Part shown: piece after piece, positions 13,489-29,274 of the stretch | Layout: each line of letters begins with the position of its first letter | Position numbering within the stretch: position 1 is the first letter of the stretch | From: the human T2T-CHM13v2.0 reference genome, Homo sapiens | Length of the DNA: 64,000 nucleotides | Strand: one strand, 5' to 3' | Assembly: GCF_009914755.1 (NCBI RefSeq) | Contig: NC_060934.1 | Notes under the pieces: model-generated | Database searches by the model: none | What the model was told of the DNA's origin: nothing | What the model saw: the letters and a program-made list of their open reading frames with translations, nothing else | Translations under genes and position numbers: made by a program

Positions 13489-16400
13489 ACGCGCGCTCTT
13501 GGCCCAGGCCCGGGCGCGGCCCCCTCCCCGGCCTGGCGGTTCCTGCGCAGCGCCAGCCCCGCGCTCCTCTAGGCTGCAAAGGGGGCCTCCGACTCGGGCC
13601 CGGCCCGGAGGGGACACCTCACTCGGGGCCCCGCGGCAGCCCCCAGGGGACGCGGGCCCTCTAGTTTCGCCCACGGTGTGGCTGGGCATGCGTGCCAAGG
13701 GGATGCGTAACCGAGAACCGAAAAAGACGAACTTAACCTTCGGGGAGGAGGAGAGGGCGCACGCTGCGGGTACCGGGGCTTGGGGGCGCTCCTGGAGGTG
13801 ACGGGGTCACCTCCACCTGCGCGGGGCCACTCTCTGGGAGCCGGCGATCGATGCCCGCCGCGGCGCCTGGCCCAGGCCCCCAGGCCTCTCGCGGCTCCCG
13901 GAAAAACGTCCGAGGTCGGGGCTCGGCCGGGAGCCCCAAGCGGGTCCCCTGGCCTCGGGACGCCAGTCCGGGAGGCGGCCGGAACTCCGGTTTTCGCGGT
14001 TCTCAGCGATATTAGGCGCGGCCAGTGTCTGAAAGCTCCTCGGGGTTACGTCCTGGGGCGACTGGAGGCGGCTCACGACTCAGAAAGTCGGGGCTTCTCG
14101 CCCCGGATCCCCACCGCTGGCGTCTGTCGAATCCCCACCTCGGTCCTCGGGTAGAGGCGCAAGCGCGCCCCAAGACCATTCTCTTCGCGCCCACCCCCGT
14201 TATTCTTCACTTTCACTTGACATCGTTCTTCACTCAAGGTTAGGTCCTCGCTAGTGCCAGAGAAGCCCCTGGGTCCCCAGTGCCCTCAGCCCCGCAGCGT
14301 AGGGAGCAGCCGGCCCGGGAGATAAGGAGGCCACAGCCATGGAGGCCCCAGGCCCGGAGTCCCCGCGCCGTCGGGTTTTGAGCCGCGCGGCTGGCCAGGA
14401 CCGCCGGCTCCTTCTCTGTCCCGGTCCTCCGCTCGCAGCCCCGCAGAGGTGACGGTACCTGGAGGCTGGAAGCGACGGTTTCCTCGGGCCGGTGGAGGGA
14501 AACATGTCAGGGTCACAGCGAAGGAAACCGAGACCCACAGGGGTCCCCGGGCGTCCGGGACGCGTCGCTGGTTTTGCTCCTAGAAGGAAAGGCCTTCCCG
14601 CTTTTGTTCCACCGGCTCACCAGGTCCTCCCTTCCTGGCCAACTCTAACCTCAGCTTTGTGCGTGTCACCCGGCCCCGGGATAATCGGATCCTCCCAGAC
14701 CCGGGAATCCATCAGAAGCGCTACCCGTACTTGGCGCCCTGAAAGTTCCCCAAGCGCAGCGGCCGCGCCCTCGAGTGCATCCACTCCGCGAGCCACGGGC
14801 GGCGCCTGCCCACCCGCGGCTCGGCTTTGCGTGTTGTAAGCCGACTATTCTATCACCATTGCAGGATAAGCTGGCCTTTAAATTTTCAAAGAACATTTAG
14901 GTTATTTTCAACAGTTCATGCTTTTCATATCTGTCTTTTCAGACTGCAGATTTCCACAAGGAAAAATGTATCTTTCCTAGACGGCAAAAAGCAGATTTAT
15001 TTTCCTTTTTAAAAAGTTGCCTTAAAACGCCTATCTCATAGTACTTGGGGATTAAACTGTTTCCCCTAAGAGAAAGTTCAACGGCTAAGCTCAAACGTTA
15101 GTCTTGACACCTTTAGTTAAGATGATCCTTTCCCAGTGTTGTTAGTGAAATGTTAAAATCAAAATTTCAAAATGAAGTAGATGTTTTATGTCTTTAGAAC
15201 ATTCCAGAAATTTAAGAACTAAAAATATTGACAAGGTGCAAGGCCTAGTTCACAAATAACATTCCAGCTTCTGTTTCTGTGAGAGTTCTTTTTTAAGGCT
15301 ATGAAAGATTTTTGAAGTTAAAGTATTCATAGCTGGAACAGACATTTATCATTTGACAACATATGAAATTTTAAATTGTGCATTGTAAGTCTCATGTTTA
15401 TGTTATGTTTCTTGGATATATTCCATGGCATTTTGTGCTTCTCTCTTTTATGGGAAAGCTTACAATTAACTTACCAGGTTTTTCTTTTAATTTAATCAGG
15501 ATTAGATTAAAAAAAAAACCCTAAAGCTACTTAGTAAAAGATATTTTATGGCAGCCAAATACAAAAATGAATAAAGCTTAAAGTAAGTTATTTTCTCATC
15601 TCTCAAGGATGGTTTCCTTCTGAAATAAAAATTGGAAGTTGTACTTTGGTAGGTGTTCTTATCCACTCAAATCTAGCCACCGAATGCAAGTGATTAGGTA
15701 TTAAGGCCTACTTAAAAAAAAAAACTCATTGTGAAGCATTTATTAAACCCTAGAAAGAACATTTTTCTTTCATGAGGCCATGTACTGATCAACTTTCAAT
15801 GCAGAGCAAAGATCAATGGGTGCCACTTCTAGCATTTCAGGTGTTAAATATTGCTAGGTAATATGGAATTCAAAAGGAAAATCATCTCTATTTGATAGAT
15901 TTGTAATGTAAAAGAAGGCATACAATCAGAGTCTTGGAATTCAGATGCAGAATGTTAAATACAGCTCTTATGTTTTATTCAAAATCCATTTAGAAAGGAA
16001 ATATAAATGACCTTCATAGCAAGTTTTTGGAAAGATAATACTTAGGAATAGCAAAAAGCTAGTTCACAAATGTCCAGTGTTTGATAGTCAATATATAACA
16101 CACACAATCTTTACAGAACTATATACTTATTTTTAATAATGCCTGTTGGTATATTTTAAATGGTCCTTATTTGTATTATAAATACCTCAAATTTCAATTA
16201 TCTGCAATTTTTACATTTTTGAAGTACATTTTCTTAAATCCCAGATTTTGTTATATGTCAGCACATGGAATACATACAGGTATTTCATTCTAACAGAATG
16301 AAAATGTAAATATCTAAAATAAGGTATGTATCATACTATCATAGGAATCAGCAAAGAAAATCATTTCACTATAATTCTATTGGCATTTTAAGAACATTCA

Positions 16401-19400
16401 ATGGAAAACATAAATTTCCAATTTATTAAGACCTTATTTTTGTACCTAATTATTAAAGAGTAATACCATCTATGTTCTCTAACAGCCCCTTCCTAATCCA
16501 TTGCTTTATTAAATACTCTTCTGATTATGTCTACTTGATACCAAGCATTATCAAACACTTAAATAATGAAATGAAATATTTTCATTTCCCTTTTTGTTTA
16601 TGCTGTTTCTTAATTGTTTTATGAGAAATTGATATAGTTCAAAGATAACAAATGTAAATCTAAAATTAAGATGAACACTTGCATTAATTTATTAAATACA
16701 TAAAATTCATAGAGGTCCAAGGCAATTAGTGTGTTGAAAACAAATATTAATATATACAGGAAGTTCAAGGGTTACAACTCTTTATGTTACCTGGAAATGT
16801 AGGAGTAGCATTCTCTTTTTAAATTTTTGACATTATCTCTTGCTTTAGGAGAGTTGTATATGATACCAAACATTCTGAGAGTATGTGTGACAGTGCTGGT
16901 GGTGTAGAGGTGATGGAGTGGAGGTGGTATTAAAATCATTGTATAGCTTTTTCATCTACATCCTTGTTTGAAAACATTTTTGTTTGTTTGCAGCTAAATA
17001 TCCGGCAATATGTTCAATGCCTCAGGCAATTCCTTAGGTAATTGTAAAGACCTAAAAGTAAACAAGCAAAAGAACATTGATCAGCCAAAATGTTATAGTT
17101 TTCATGTCACAAAAAAGAACTGTATATAAGCCATTGATTTTAAGTGGAATTAATGAAAATTCTACAAAGTACTACAGAAAAATTACATAGTCATATTGCT
17201 GAATAAGAATGTATTGCCACAATAAATGCAATATTTTTTAGAAGTCAGTAATCTTTTACAGTAGTTTCCACACTTTGTATCTAGTTTTTAATTCATCAAT
17301 TTATGATAGTACAAGTGCTCCAAATTGAATTGTTTTTAAACATATGGAATACCCAGATGATTTTGTACATGAGGAATAAGAAGAAACTATTGGAATTCTT
17401 GATTACTAATAATGGTCTCAACACGATAGCAGAATTTCATAAATCAATTATATGCTCCATTTGAAGGTGATAAAGCATAATTAACTTACTTGACACCAAC
17501 ACAACCAATGTTTTGTTTCTTCACAGAACAGGCTATGAGCTATTTTCAATTATTGCACTGAAATGCTGTCCTCTAAAATTAACAAATGAATGAAGCATTT
17601 GCAAACTGGACATTGCACTGAGAACAACGTAGAGTGAAACTATCCAGTTGTTTTTCTAATTATATTTTATCTACTTAGATAATAGGAACTAGCAATTACT
17701 AATGTTTTTTTTTTAACTAAGCAATTTGGTGGGAAAAAACATCACCTAAAGTAATGTATTATTCTTATGAACAATGTGAAACAAAATTAATCATTTGGAA
17801 TGGCATCTAGATAGTAGGACTTTAATTCTTAATTTAGAGTATTGAGCATAAAATACTATGGTTTTATTGAATCTTTTACCATGCCATTTCTTACAGTAAA
17901 AAAGGAAAAATAGAAATGGAATATCTAGATAATTAAAATAAACATTTTCTGGTTATGTGAAACAAAGGAGAGTTTTAAGGGGTAGAAGAGGAAGGTGCAG
18001 AATTCTTATCTGCCTTCCTAGCAGACAGAGTAGGCAAGTGGCTACTTGATCCAATTTCAAGGACAACTGCAAACAGTGCATCCTCCCCAAATATTTCCAT
18101 CACCCATTTACTGATGCATTCACCATTTTTGTAGTTTAAAAATTTGAACCTCAATAAAATCCAAATGCTACTGAGAAAACTCACATTCTAAGCTGTTGTC
18201 AATTATTTATACCTTTGAATGAGTATCAGAGCAAACGTTGCTGGAAGAAAAAGTTTCGGGACCTTGAATAATTAATGTGAATGGGACAGGAGAACTTGAG
18301 GAAGGATGTGCAGAGAAACGGCTGAATTGCTGAGCAACAGAGAGAAACGTTTTTGTGTAGTTTTACCTGGTCTAAATTAACTAACTAGATAATGCCCTAT
18401 TTTAACATAAACATTTAATGATGCATAACACACTTCATTTCATACTGTTCCCTATAGCTGGGCAATGATTACTCCAAGGTGTAATGGAAAACATGAATTA
18501 ATTAGAGATTTCGGGTACGAACGTGACATGAATGTAAAATATACAGATCATTAAAATCATGTCTATAAAATAGAAATTAAAATATGAGTTTTGTAATGTA
18601 TTTGACAACCAGATAATTTGTCTATCCACATAAATCAAACTAACCAGATTATTGCCATATTTCAGCTTTACTATGAACTGTGTTAATAAATATCATGACT
18701 AAATACTATCTCTTAAAGCATTTTGTAATAGATGTAAGGGTTTTTTCCCCTTTTGTTTATAGTAATAATAAATTTGCACATTGTGTGGAAATCAAGATCA
18801 ACTGTTAAAATAGCCAAGCAATCATGTAATCGTTCAGTTACTTCAAACGTAAAGTAGGCTCAGATTTATTTTTTCCTAACAAACTGGTTCTAGTCCACTC
18901 AAGATTCTATCCAAAAAGCAGTATTTAGCACTTTTCAGGCTAATTCCAAACAAACGAAGATTAACAGATCATCAGTTTAGCTTCACACATGAAATTGAAA
19001 AATGAATTGCTGGTCAAAATGCTAAAAACACAAATGTGAAATTTATATGTGTTCCTTGTTCCTAAATATTGAAAAAATATCAACTAATCATCAAGTTTGC
19101 CAAAGCAAAAAAAAATTGAAATATAATTCCTAGTTAATTGGTTTACCATTCATTATTACTTCTCTTTGAATTCAGTAACTTATCAATGATTAAAGATGTG
19201 CTTCAACAAGTTAATTCTTTAAGTTCAAATAACTGGAAACCATTTTCTCAATGGTGCAGCATTTCTTAATGTCAGTTCAAGATGTTTGGAGACATATTGC
19301 TGATTTTAGAAGCTGATGTGTGCTGATTTATGAAGGAATTGTTTAGCTTGTACTCTGGGCTCTGATCAAGGGAGATACACTCTCAGATACAGCCTGGCAT

Positions 19401-19973
19401 TTAAGGGTACCTCTTTCCTAGCTGATTATCTGCTTCCTGAGTTCAGTTGTAATAGCTTGCGAGCTTCTCCCATCCCATATGACTGGATTCTGATTTCTTA
19501 TTTTCTGATAGCAGGGTAAACTTTGTTCTCCCTTATTACTAAACGTTGACTTGACAAATAAATAGACCTCCTGCATTTTAATGTTTGTCTGTTTTTGAAA
19601 AGATTCTCATCTGTTTCTCTGATCACAGCCTCCCGATCCCATTGCATGCAAACCCAGTGGCTCAGCAAACAGTCAATGCTATTTCTTCTGGTAGCGTGAC
19701 CATCTGACCACCTGCCCCTCAGTAAGAATAGGGACTTGTCCTCTGTTGACAGGGTTTCCCTCTCAGCTGTGCCTGATGCCAGGCTGTCTAGGAATGGGAG
19801 TTCCAGCAGAACAGACCAGGAAAAATAGTGCCTTTGCAGTACCTCACAGTTGTGCTAGAACTTCTCTCAATTTCCCTTATTAACTAGATTAAAAATGAGT
19901 AATATTTTTTCAGCTTGTTTGTTGCCAAAGATTACCTTCCACCACCAGTTTATCTGAGAACATGGCCAATTAG

Positions 19974-20302
<329 letters not shown>

Positions 20303-21678
20303 ATGGTCCATCTTCAGCTGAAAGGAAATAGAGGAACTATCTCCCGCATATTCCCATTTTCCCAGGGCTGTGCTAGCCCTGGCAATGACTGGTAAATTCT
20401 CTTCTTAGGATTAGATTTCTGGGTGGTAGAATATGAACACTAGAAAGGTCTGGACAAAGGCATCAGCATCCTTGGCCTCGTCTTGGCCTTTAAGCTTAAA
20501 AACTGTAGGGAGCACTGTGACTCTATCTTTACTAGTATTAGGTCCCCTAATCCTGGGCCACTGGCTTTGGCCCTGTGGCAGCTTTTGCTGAATTGCAGCA
20601 CATCTTTGAAGCATCTCTACCAGCCATACAATTATAGAGAGCCAACGCTAGACTGTGTTTTGCATAGAAACTGAAATATATGTTAGTGCTTTAATTTATC
20701 ATCATGTTTTCTGCCACACAGATCTCTCTGTTTTTACCAGTACTCAATACCTCTCTAAAGGATTCTTAATTAAATAAATGGTTGGCAGGGCCTAACCTTA
20801 CCACTGAGTATTCTGCTTCCTTGAAGATGTGGTTTGGTCCTCTTGTTCTCAGATTTACCAGCTGTAATCGATTCAGATGGAGGTGTGGGGAAGACCTACT
20901 TCCTATACCTGTTTTTAAAATCTACTTTTCTAAAATGTAACATTACTTCATGTATTCCTTTTAACAAGTTTATGAGGAGGGTGTTATCAAACCTATTTTA
21001 TACCAATGCAAGCATTTGTTCTCAGCTAAACTAACAACTCACATTTAGCCAGGTCTTGTACAAAGTGTGCAAAGTACTTTAAATTCAAAAACTCTGGGAA
21101 GTAGGTAAACTATTAGGACATTTTACAGAGGAAGACAGGCTTGGCATCATTAATAAAGTGACAGATACTTACAGATGTTACTGATGGTCTCCATGTTGTC
21201 AAATCCAGAGGATTCTTCCCTGTCATGGTCTTACTTAACCACCTAGCACCAGGCAACCCTCTTTGACTGACACCACAACTGCTCGCTCTTTTTTCCTATC
21301 TCCTTGATCTTTTTTTCTGTCTCTTTCTTCTTCTTCTTCTTTGTTTTTTTTTTTTTTTAACCAACTCTAAAGGAAGCAGCTCCTTAAGACAGTCGTGGTC
21401 TTCTTCTCCGTGTTCTCCACCCTCTTTCCATGGATGTCCCCAAACATTCTCATAGCTTCTATTACAATCTGTATGCCTACAATAACAACACTTATGCCTC
21501 TTTCACAAATCTCTTCTCTGAGCATCAGTTAATGATCCAACAATCTACCTGAAGCTACAACCACCTGGTAGATGCTTCAGAAGTGTCTAAAAATCACATA
21601 ATATTCCAAAGCTGAATCCTTGACCTTCTGCCTACAATGCAGTGATGGCATGGCATCACCCTTTATCTGGCTGTGTAA

Positions 21679-22102
<424 letters not shown>

Positions 22103-22677
22103 TGACAGCTGCCATATTAGTTCAAGCCAACATCAACTTTTCCAAAGGGGTCTCCCCTCTGCCTTGTCCCTGAAATCTGTTCTTCCTCAAACTATTGTAA
22201 ACATTTATTCCGTTTTTTAGCAAAATTTTTACCAAAATATTACGGAATAAATTTTACAGAAAAAGTGCATAAATCATAAATATGCAGCTTGTTGCTGTTT
22301 TATAACCTGGACACCCCTGTATAACCAGCACCTGGATCGTGAAATCGATCAGCACCTCAGAAGCACTCCCTCATTCTCCCTCCTAGTCATCACCCCCACA
22401 GGGACCCATTCTTCTACCTTCTATTGCCATCAATTAGTTTTGCCCATTTCTGAACATTATATAACTGGTATCAATAGTTTTTAAATACAAATTATGACAC
22501 AACTGCCTAAACCTCTCAGAGGCTTTCTTTACACTGATAGTAAAATACAAACATGTTACTGTAGTCCCAATACTATCTGTCATCTACATACTTCCTTAGG
22601 TTCATGTCCTGTCATTTCTCCCATTTTCTCAATATACTCCAGCTCACTTGTTTTTTGTTTTTGTTATTGTTTTTGGG

Positions 22678-22953
22678 TTTTTTTTTTTTTTTTTGAGTCT
22701 CCCTCTGTTACCCAGACTAGAGTGCAATGGTGTGATCTCGGATCACTGCAACCTCCACCTCCTGGGTTCAGGCAATATCTCCTGTCTCAGCCTCCCGAGC
22801 AGCTGTGATTACAGGCGCCCACCACCAAGCCCAGCTAATTTTTGTATTTTTAGTAGAGACGGGGGTTTCACCATGTTGGCCTGTCTGGTCTCGAACTCCT
22901 GACCTCAGGTGATCCACCCACCTTGCCTTCCCAAAATGCTAGGATTACAGGCA
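22678..22953 (-). mobile_element. Alu (S-like)
   Basis: Antisense dimer, slightly 5'-truncated. Confidence 0.93.
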
Positions 22954-23328
22954 TCTAGGTCTTCTTTTTATTCCTTGGATATGCTAAGAAATATCCAAAT
23001 GCCTTGACACAGGGTCTTTGCATATGCTGTTTCCTCTGCTACAATGCTAGTTCCAGCATAGCTGGTTTCTTCTTGCCCTGAAATTCTCACCTTAAACATT
23101 ACTGCCCCAGAGAACTTTCCACGGCCATCATATCCCATTTACTTATCCCACCCTCCTGTCATGGGAGCTGTGTATCAGGGATGGTTAAGTGTCTTTTGTG
23201 GCTTGGCAAATGAGAGGCACAAGAAGGTTTTAGCCGCTGTGCACACGTACAATTTGTGGGCTTATTTGATTTGGTTAAATTTGGTTAACAAGAAAAGTGG
23301 AAGAATTAGAAAAGAGATGTCAAACAGA

Positions 23329-23664
<336 letters not shown>

Positions 23665-23837
23665 TTACTCTCCTCCACCTCACACAACATGGGCCCAGGC
23701 CTGGGGAGGAAGGCTGCAAAGGTATCTTCCTTAGAAATCGTTCCTTAGTTTCACAGAATGCTTCAGTTTCAGTGGGATTTTTGAATGAAATGCCTCATAT
23801 AGAATTTAGGTTTCCCCTTAGAGAAAATAATGTCTGA

Positions 23838-24117
23838 GGTCTGGGGAGGTGGCTCACACCTGTAATCCCAGCGCTTTGGGAGGCCAAGGAGGGAGGATCG
23901 CCTGAGATCAGGAGTTTGGGATGAGCCTGGGCAACATATTGAGACGCCAACTCTACAAAAATTTTAAAAATTAGCTGAGCATGGTGGTACACACCTGTAG
24001 TTCCAGCTACTTGGGAGGTTAATGTGGGAGGATCGTTAGAGCCTGGGAGGTTGAGGCTGCAGTGAGCCATGATTGCACCACTGCCCTCAAGCCTGGGCAA
24101 TAGAACAAACCCTGTCG
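23838..24117 (+). mobile_element. Alu (J-like)
   Basis: Dimer whose tail is replaced by a GGAA repeat. Confidence 0.92.
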
Positions 24118-24216
24118 AAGGAAGGAAGGAAGGAAGGAAGGGAGGAAGGGAGGGAGGGAGGGAGGGAGGGAGGAAGGGAAGGAAGGAAGGAAGGAAGGAA
24201 GGAAGGAAGGAAGGAA
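24118..24216 (+). repeat. (GGAA)n/(GGAG)n polypurine microsatellite
   Basis: (GGAA)5, a GGAG-rich core, then (GGAA)10. Confidence 0.95.
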
Positions 24217-24738
24217 GATAATGTAATGCCTGAGATTATTCATATGAAAGTATTCCATGAGCCCCAAAAGCTTGATCTCATGTAGTATAAGCTTGGAGAG
24301 AACACAAAAGTGTAATTATTTGTATTTACAGTATAAAAGGTAGTAGAATTTGTTCCTGTTTGGGGTTTTGGTTGGGCTGTTTTGGTTGGGCTGTTTTTGT
24401 TGTAAAAGGCAGAGCCTGGCTCTGGTTCCCTCAGCTCACTGAGGTATGAGTTTACAGGGGACAGAGGCCATGTTAGCTTTGTCTGTCCTCGAAGTTCTTC
24501 CAGATGGATTCGCTGACTCCCTGATTATCACTGGTGTTGGCTACTGAGGCTCATCTTGCCACTGCTGCAACCCAGGCTTCCTCCTCCTGCCACCCAGTGC
24601 TGGGCAGGAGAAGAGGCCCTTGGAAAGAATATTCTACCGTCAGGGACCATGGCCTGGCTCTTTGTGCTCAAGCCAGTTACTTGATTTGCCATTCCCCGCT
24701 CAGGACCTACCTGGAGGCTCTCATGGCATTTCTCTACT

Positions 24739-24997
24739 CCAGGTTGGAGTGCAGGGGTGCAATCACGGCTCGTTGCAGCCTCGATCTCCTGGGCCCACAC
24801 TGTCTTCCCACTTCTGCCTCCTGAGTCACTGGGACCACAAGTGCGCACCACCACACCTGGGCTGCTTTTTAAATTTTTTGTAGAGACAGGGTCTCACTAT
24901 GTTGCTAGCCTGGTCTCAAACTCCTGGGCTCAAGCGATCTGCTGGCCTCAGCCTCCTGAGTAGCTGGGACTGTAGGTGTGTGCCACCATGCCAGGCT
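24739..24997 (-). mobile_element. Old Alu (J-like), tail missing
   Basis: Antisense Alu arms. Confidence 0.85.
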
Positions 24998-25416
24998 TAC
25001 CTCATGTCTTTCAAGTTTCACCTTCTGCTGAAGACTGCTTCATTCACGTAAGTTTTTTATATCAATTTTCTTACAGGGGGTGAGGAGAGGGATTTCAATG
25101 GCCCGTTTACCCTTCCAAGCCTACTCATGCCAACCTATGAATGTATTGTCCTTCCACCTGGGGCTGGGACAGGGGATGACGAGGCCATGCAATATGTGTT
25201 CCCTTTCAGGAGGTACGGGGGGTGATGCATCTTCTTTAGAAGCAACTGTGGTTATAGCAGGCAATGTATTTGACATTCCTAGTTTATTCTCTTCAACAAA
25301 AGTAAAGCCCTAGCAATGTAAGAATAGATACAAAATATATACAGTCATGTAGCTTTTTTACTTGATATTTTTAAATATCAAAGTGCTAGGATTATAGAAT
25401 ATATTATAGAATATAT

Positions 25417-25464
25417 AGATATAGATAGATAGATGATAGATAGATAGATACATAGATAGATGGA
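25417..25464 (+). repeat. (GATA)n tetranucleotide STR
   Basis: Interrupted GATA array. Confidence 0.9.
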
Positions 25465-25468
25465 TATG

Positions 25469-25774
<306 letters not shown>

Positions 25775-26839
25775 TCATTGAAAAAATAAGATATTCTTTT
25801 TTAAAAAATAGCTCTGATTTGAAATGCTTATTTGATCCAGCTGTGGAGCATTATTTACTGACTCAAGAAGTTAATATATTCTTTAGAAGTATTAGTATTC
25901 TAATAGTCTATTCCTGCAAGCAGTAAAAACCAGAACATAATAGTTTAGTTTTGTACACCTGGACTTTGATGGAAAAGAGGCTTGGGAGATGACAAGGCAT
26001 GGAGAGGCTGCTATATGTTCCAGCTGCAGTGTCCAGAATAGATGTTAGGAATTTCCAACTGTCTTCTGCATTATTTAACATGAATTTAACCCAACTTTTC
26101 CTTTGGCTCAATGGAAAACAGGTTTTAAGGGAGCAACAAAAGTGTTTTTATCTTCCTTAGGTATTTCTGCAGCAGTGAGAGTAGGAATTTTCCTACCTTC
26201 TGAATTAAAACAAGATTACACATTTCCATCAGTCATATCTAGCAAAAAACATAGATGGCATCCTTGATTTCTTCCATCCCCTTCTCTCCCATTTTCAGCC
26301 AACCCATCGTCAAGTCCTGATGGTTCTAGTTCCAAAACATATCCTGAGTCTGACCGTGTCTCTGCATCTTCACAGCTAATACCTCTGTCCTAGCCTGGCT
26401 GCTGCAATAGGCTCTAGATTAGGAATGCATCCAGCAGCAAACAGAAAGTTCAACTCTGGCTGTTTTAACAAATAAATGTTTATTCGTCTCAAATAAAAAT
26501 AGTCCAGGGGAAGTCAATCCAGGTCTGGAGCAATGGCTCAACAATGCTATCGGGGACCCAGCTCTATCTTTCCTATTATCCTTAATGTGTTGACTTTTGT
26601 TCTCATACTTGTCACCTCACAGTCTCCATGTGGCTGCTACATAGCCAGGCATTGCATTTGGGCTCCAGATAGGAAGAAGGGTAAGGACAGAGAATGATTT
26701 CCTTCAGAAGTTATTTTCTGTCTATTCAGGAAGGGAAGCCCTTGCCAGAAGATACCAACTCACATCTCATCAGCCAGAACTGGGTCCAAACTAATTCTTA
26801 GACCAACCAATATCCAAAGGACTAAAATTACTGGGGTGG

Positions 26840-27213
26840 TGATATGGTTTGGCTGTGTCCCCACCCAAATCTCATCTTGAATTTTAGCTCCCACAATTCC
26901 CACATGTCATGGGAGGTACCCAGTGGAAGGTAATTGAATCATAGGGTCAGGTCTTTCTCATGCTGTTCTCAAGATAGTGAATAAGTCTTCTGAGATCGGA
27001 TGGTTTACTTATAAAGAGGAGTTCCCCTGCAAAAGTTCTCTCTCTTTGCCTGTTGCCATCCATATAAGATGTGACTTGCTCCTCCTTGCCTTCTGCCATG
27101 ACTGTGAGGTCTCCCCAGCCATGCCGAACTGTGAGTCCATTAAACCTCTTCCCTTTATAAATTACCTAGTCTTGGTTATGAGTTTATCAGCAGCATAACA
27201 ACAGACTAATACA
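26840..27213 (+). mobile_element. THE1 (probably THE1C) MaLR solo LTR
   Basis: TGATATGGTTTGGCTGTGTCCCCACCCAAATCTCATCTTG ... ACAGACTAATACA; 5-bp TSD GGTGG at 26835-26839 and 27214-27218; ATTAAA poly(A) signal. Confidence 0.93.
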
Positions 27214-27996
27214 GGTGGGATATAGTAGACTCATTGCACAATATCTCCCCCAGCCTTCTTCTACTGTGCCTTCCTGTACTGAGAAGCTAAAAACTACCTT
27301 TCCCAGGCTCCCCTGCAGCTAGGGAATGGAGCAGAGTGGGGAGAAAGGTAGGGTACACCTGTCTATTTTGTTGATGTCAATTAGCAGAGGTAGGGTGGTG
27401 TGGAGTGATTAAATAGGTGCTTCTTTACGTCTTCTTTGTAAGATGATTTGAGTCATTATTAACTCCATTAAGTTTGTCACATTTTGGCTTTTGTCTCCTG
27501 CTATTTCAATAAAAACTGTTGCGAAATTAAGTAACCCACAATAGAGCACTTCATAGCATATATGGTTGATGAGTGGTGCCTGAAGCAAGATAAATTTCTT
27601 TGGTCTCAGAATCACAAATTACCAGGCTTCTTTCTCCAAGGGCACAGCTACTGCTGCTGGTAATGGTGGTGGTATGTGTGATTTCTCTAAATCACCTAGG
27701 CACTGAGAATTACAACTAATGGTGTTTTTTTCCCTCTTGACTCTTAAGAAGTTTTAAGGCAAATGCATGGATTTTTCCTGAAAGTATAGTCTTCTTTGTA
27801 TATATTTTGTGTGATAACCTCTCTTCTGATTCTGTCTTTTCTACTCTTATTTCCCTTTTTCTTGGTTCCCTTACTTATTTTTATTTCACTTTGTTGCATA
27901 TGTTTTTTTCCACATGGCAGAAACCCTTTCTGGAAATAGATAGGATTATAAGACTATGTCTGCTAAAGGAGAAAAACTATTAAGTAAAGACATCTG

Positions 27997-29274
<1,278 letters not shown>

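Larger units (their letters stand above)
12800..14850. promoter_or_regulatory. CpG island promoter
   Basis: Abrupt GC- and CpG-rich block in an AT-rich window, free of Alus; GC boxes, ETS (ccggaa) and YY1 motifs. Confidence 0.92.

Noticed and set aside
12533-14896. Long overlapping ORFs (up to 179 aa) on both strands of the CpG island
   Set aside because: Pro/Gly/Arg-rich stop-poor frames are expected from high GC; no recognisable domain.
11000-15000. Possible miRNA, snRNA or tRNA gene near the CpG island
   Set aside because: By eye I found no match to the miRNA precursors I checked (miR-148a, miR-101-1, let-7i) and no tRNA or snRNA signature. An Rfam/miRBase search would be needed to exclude others.
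17979-18134. Resemblance of EFLSAFLADRVGKWLLD to an RGS-domain helix
   Set aside because: The similarity is too short and subjective to name a family without a profile search.
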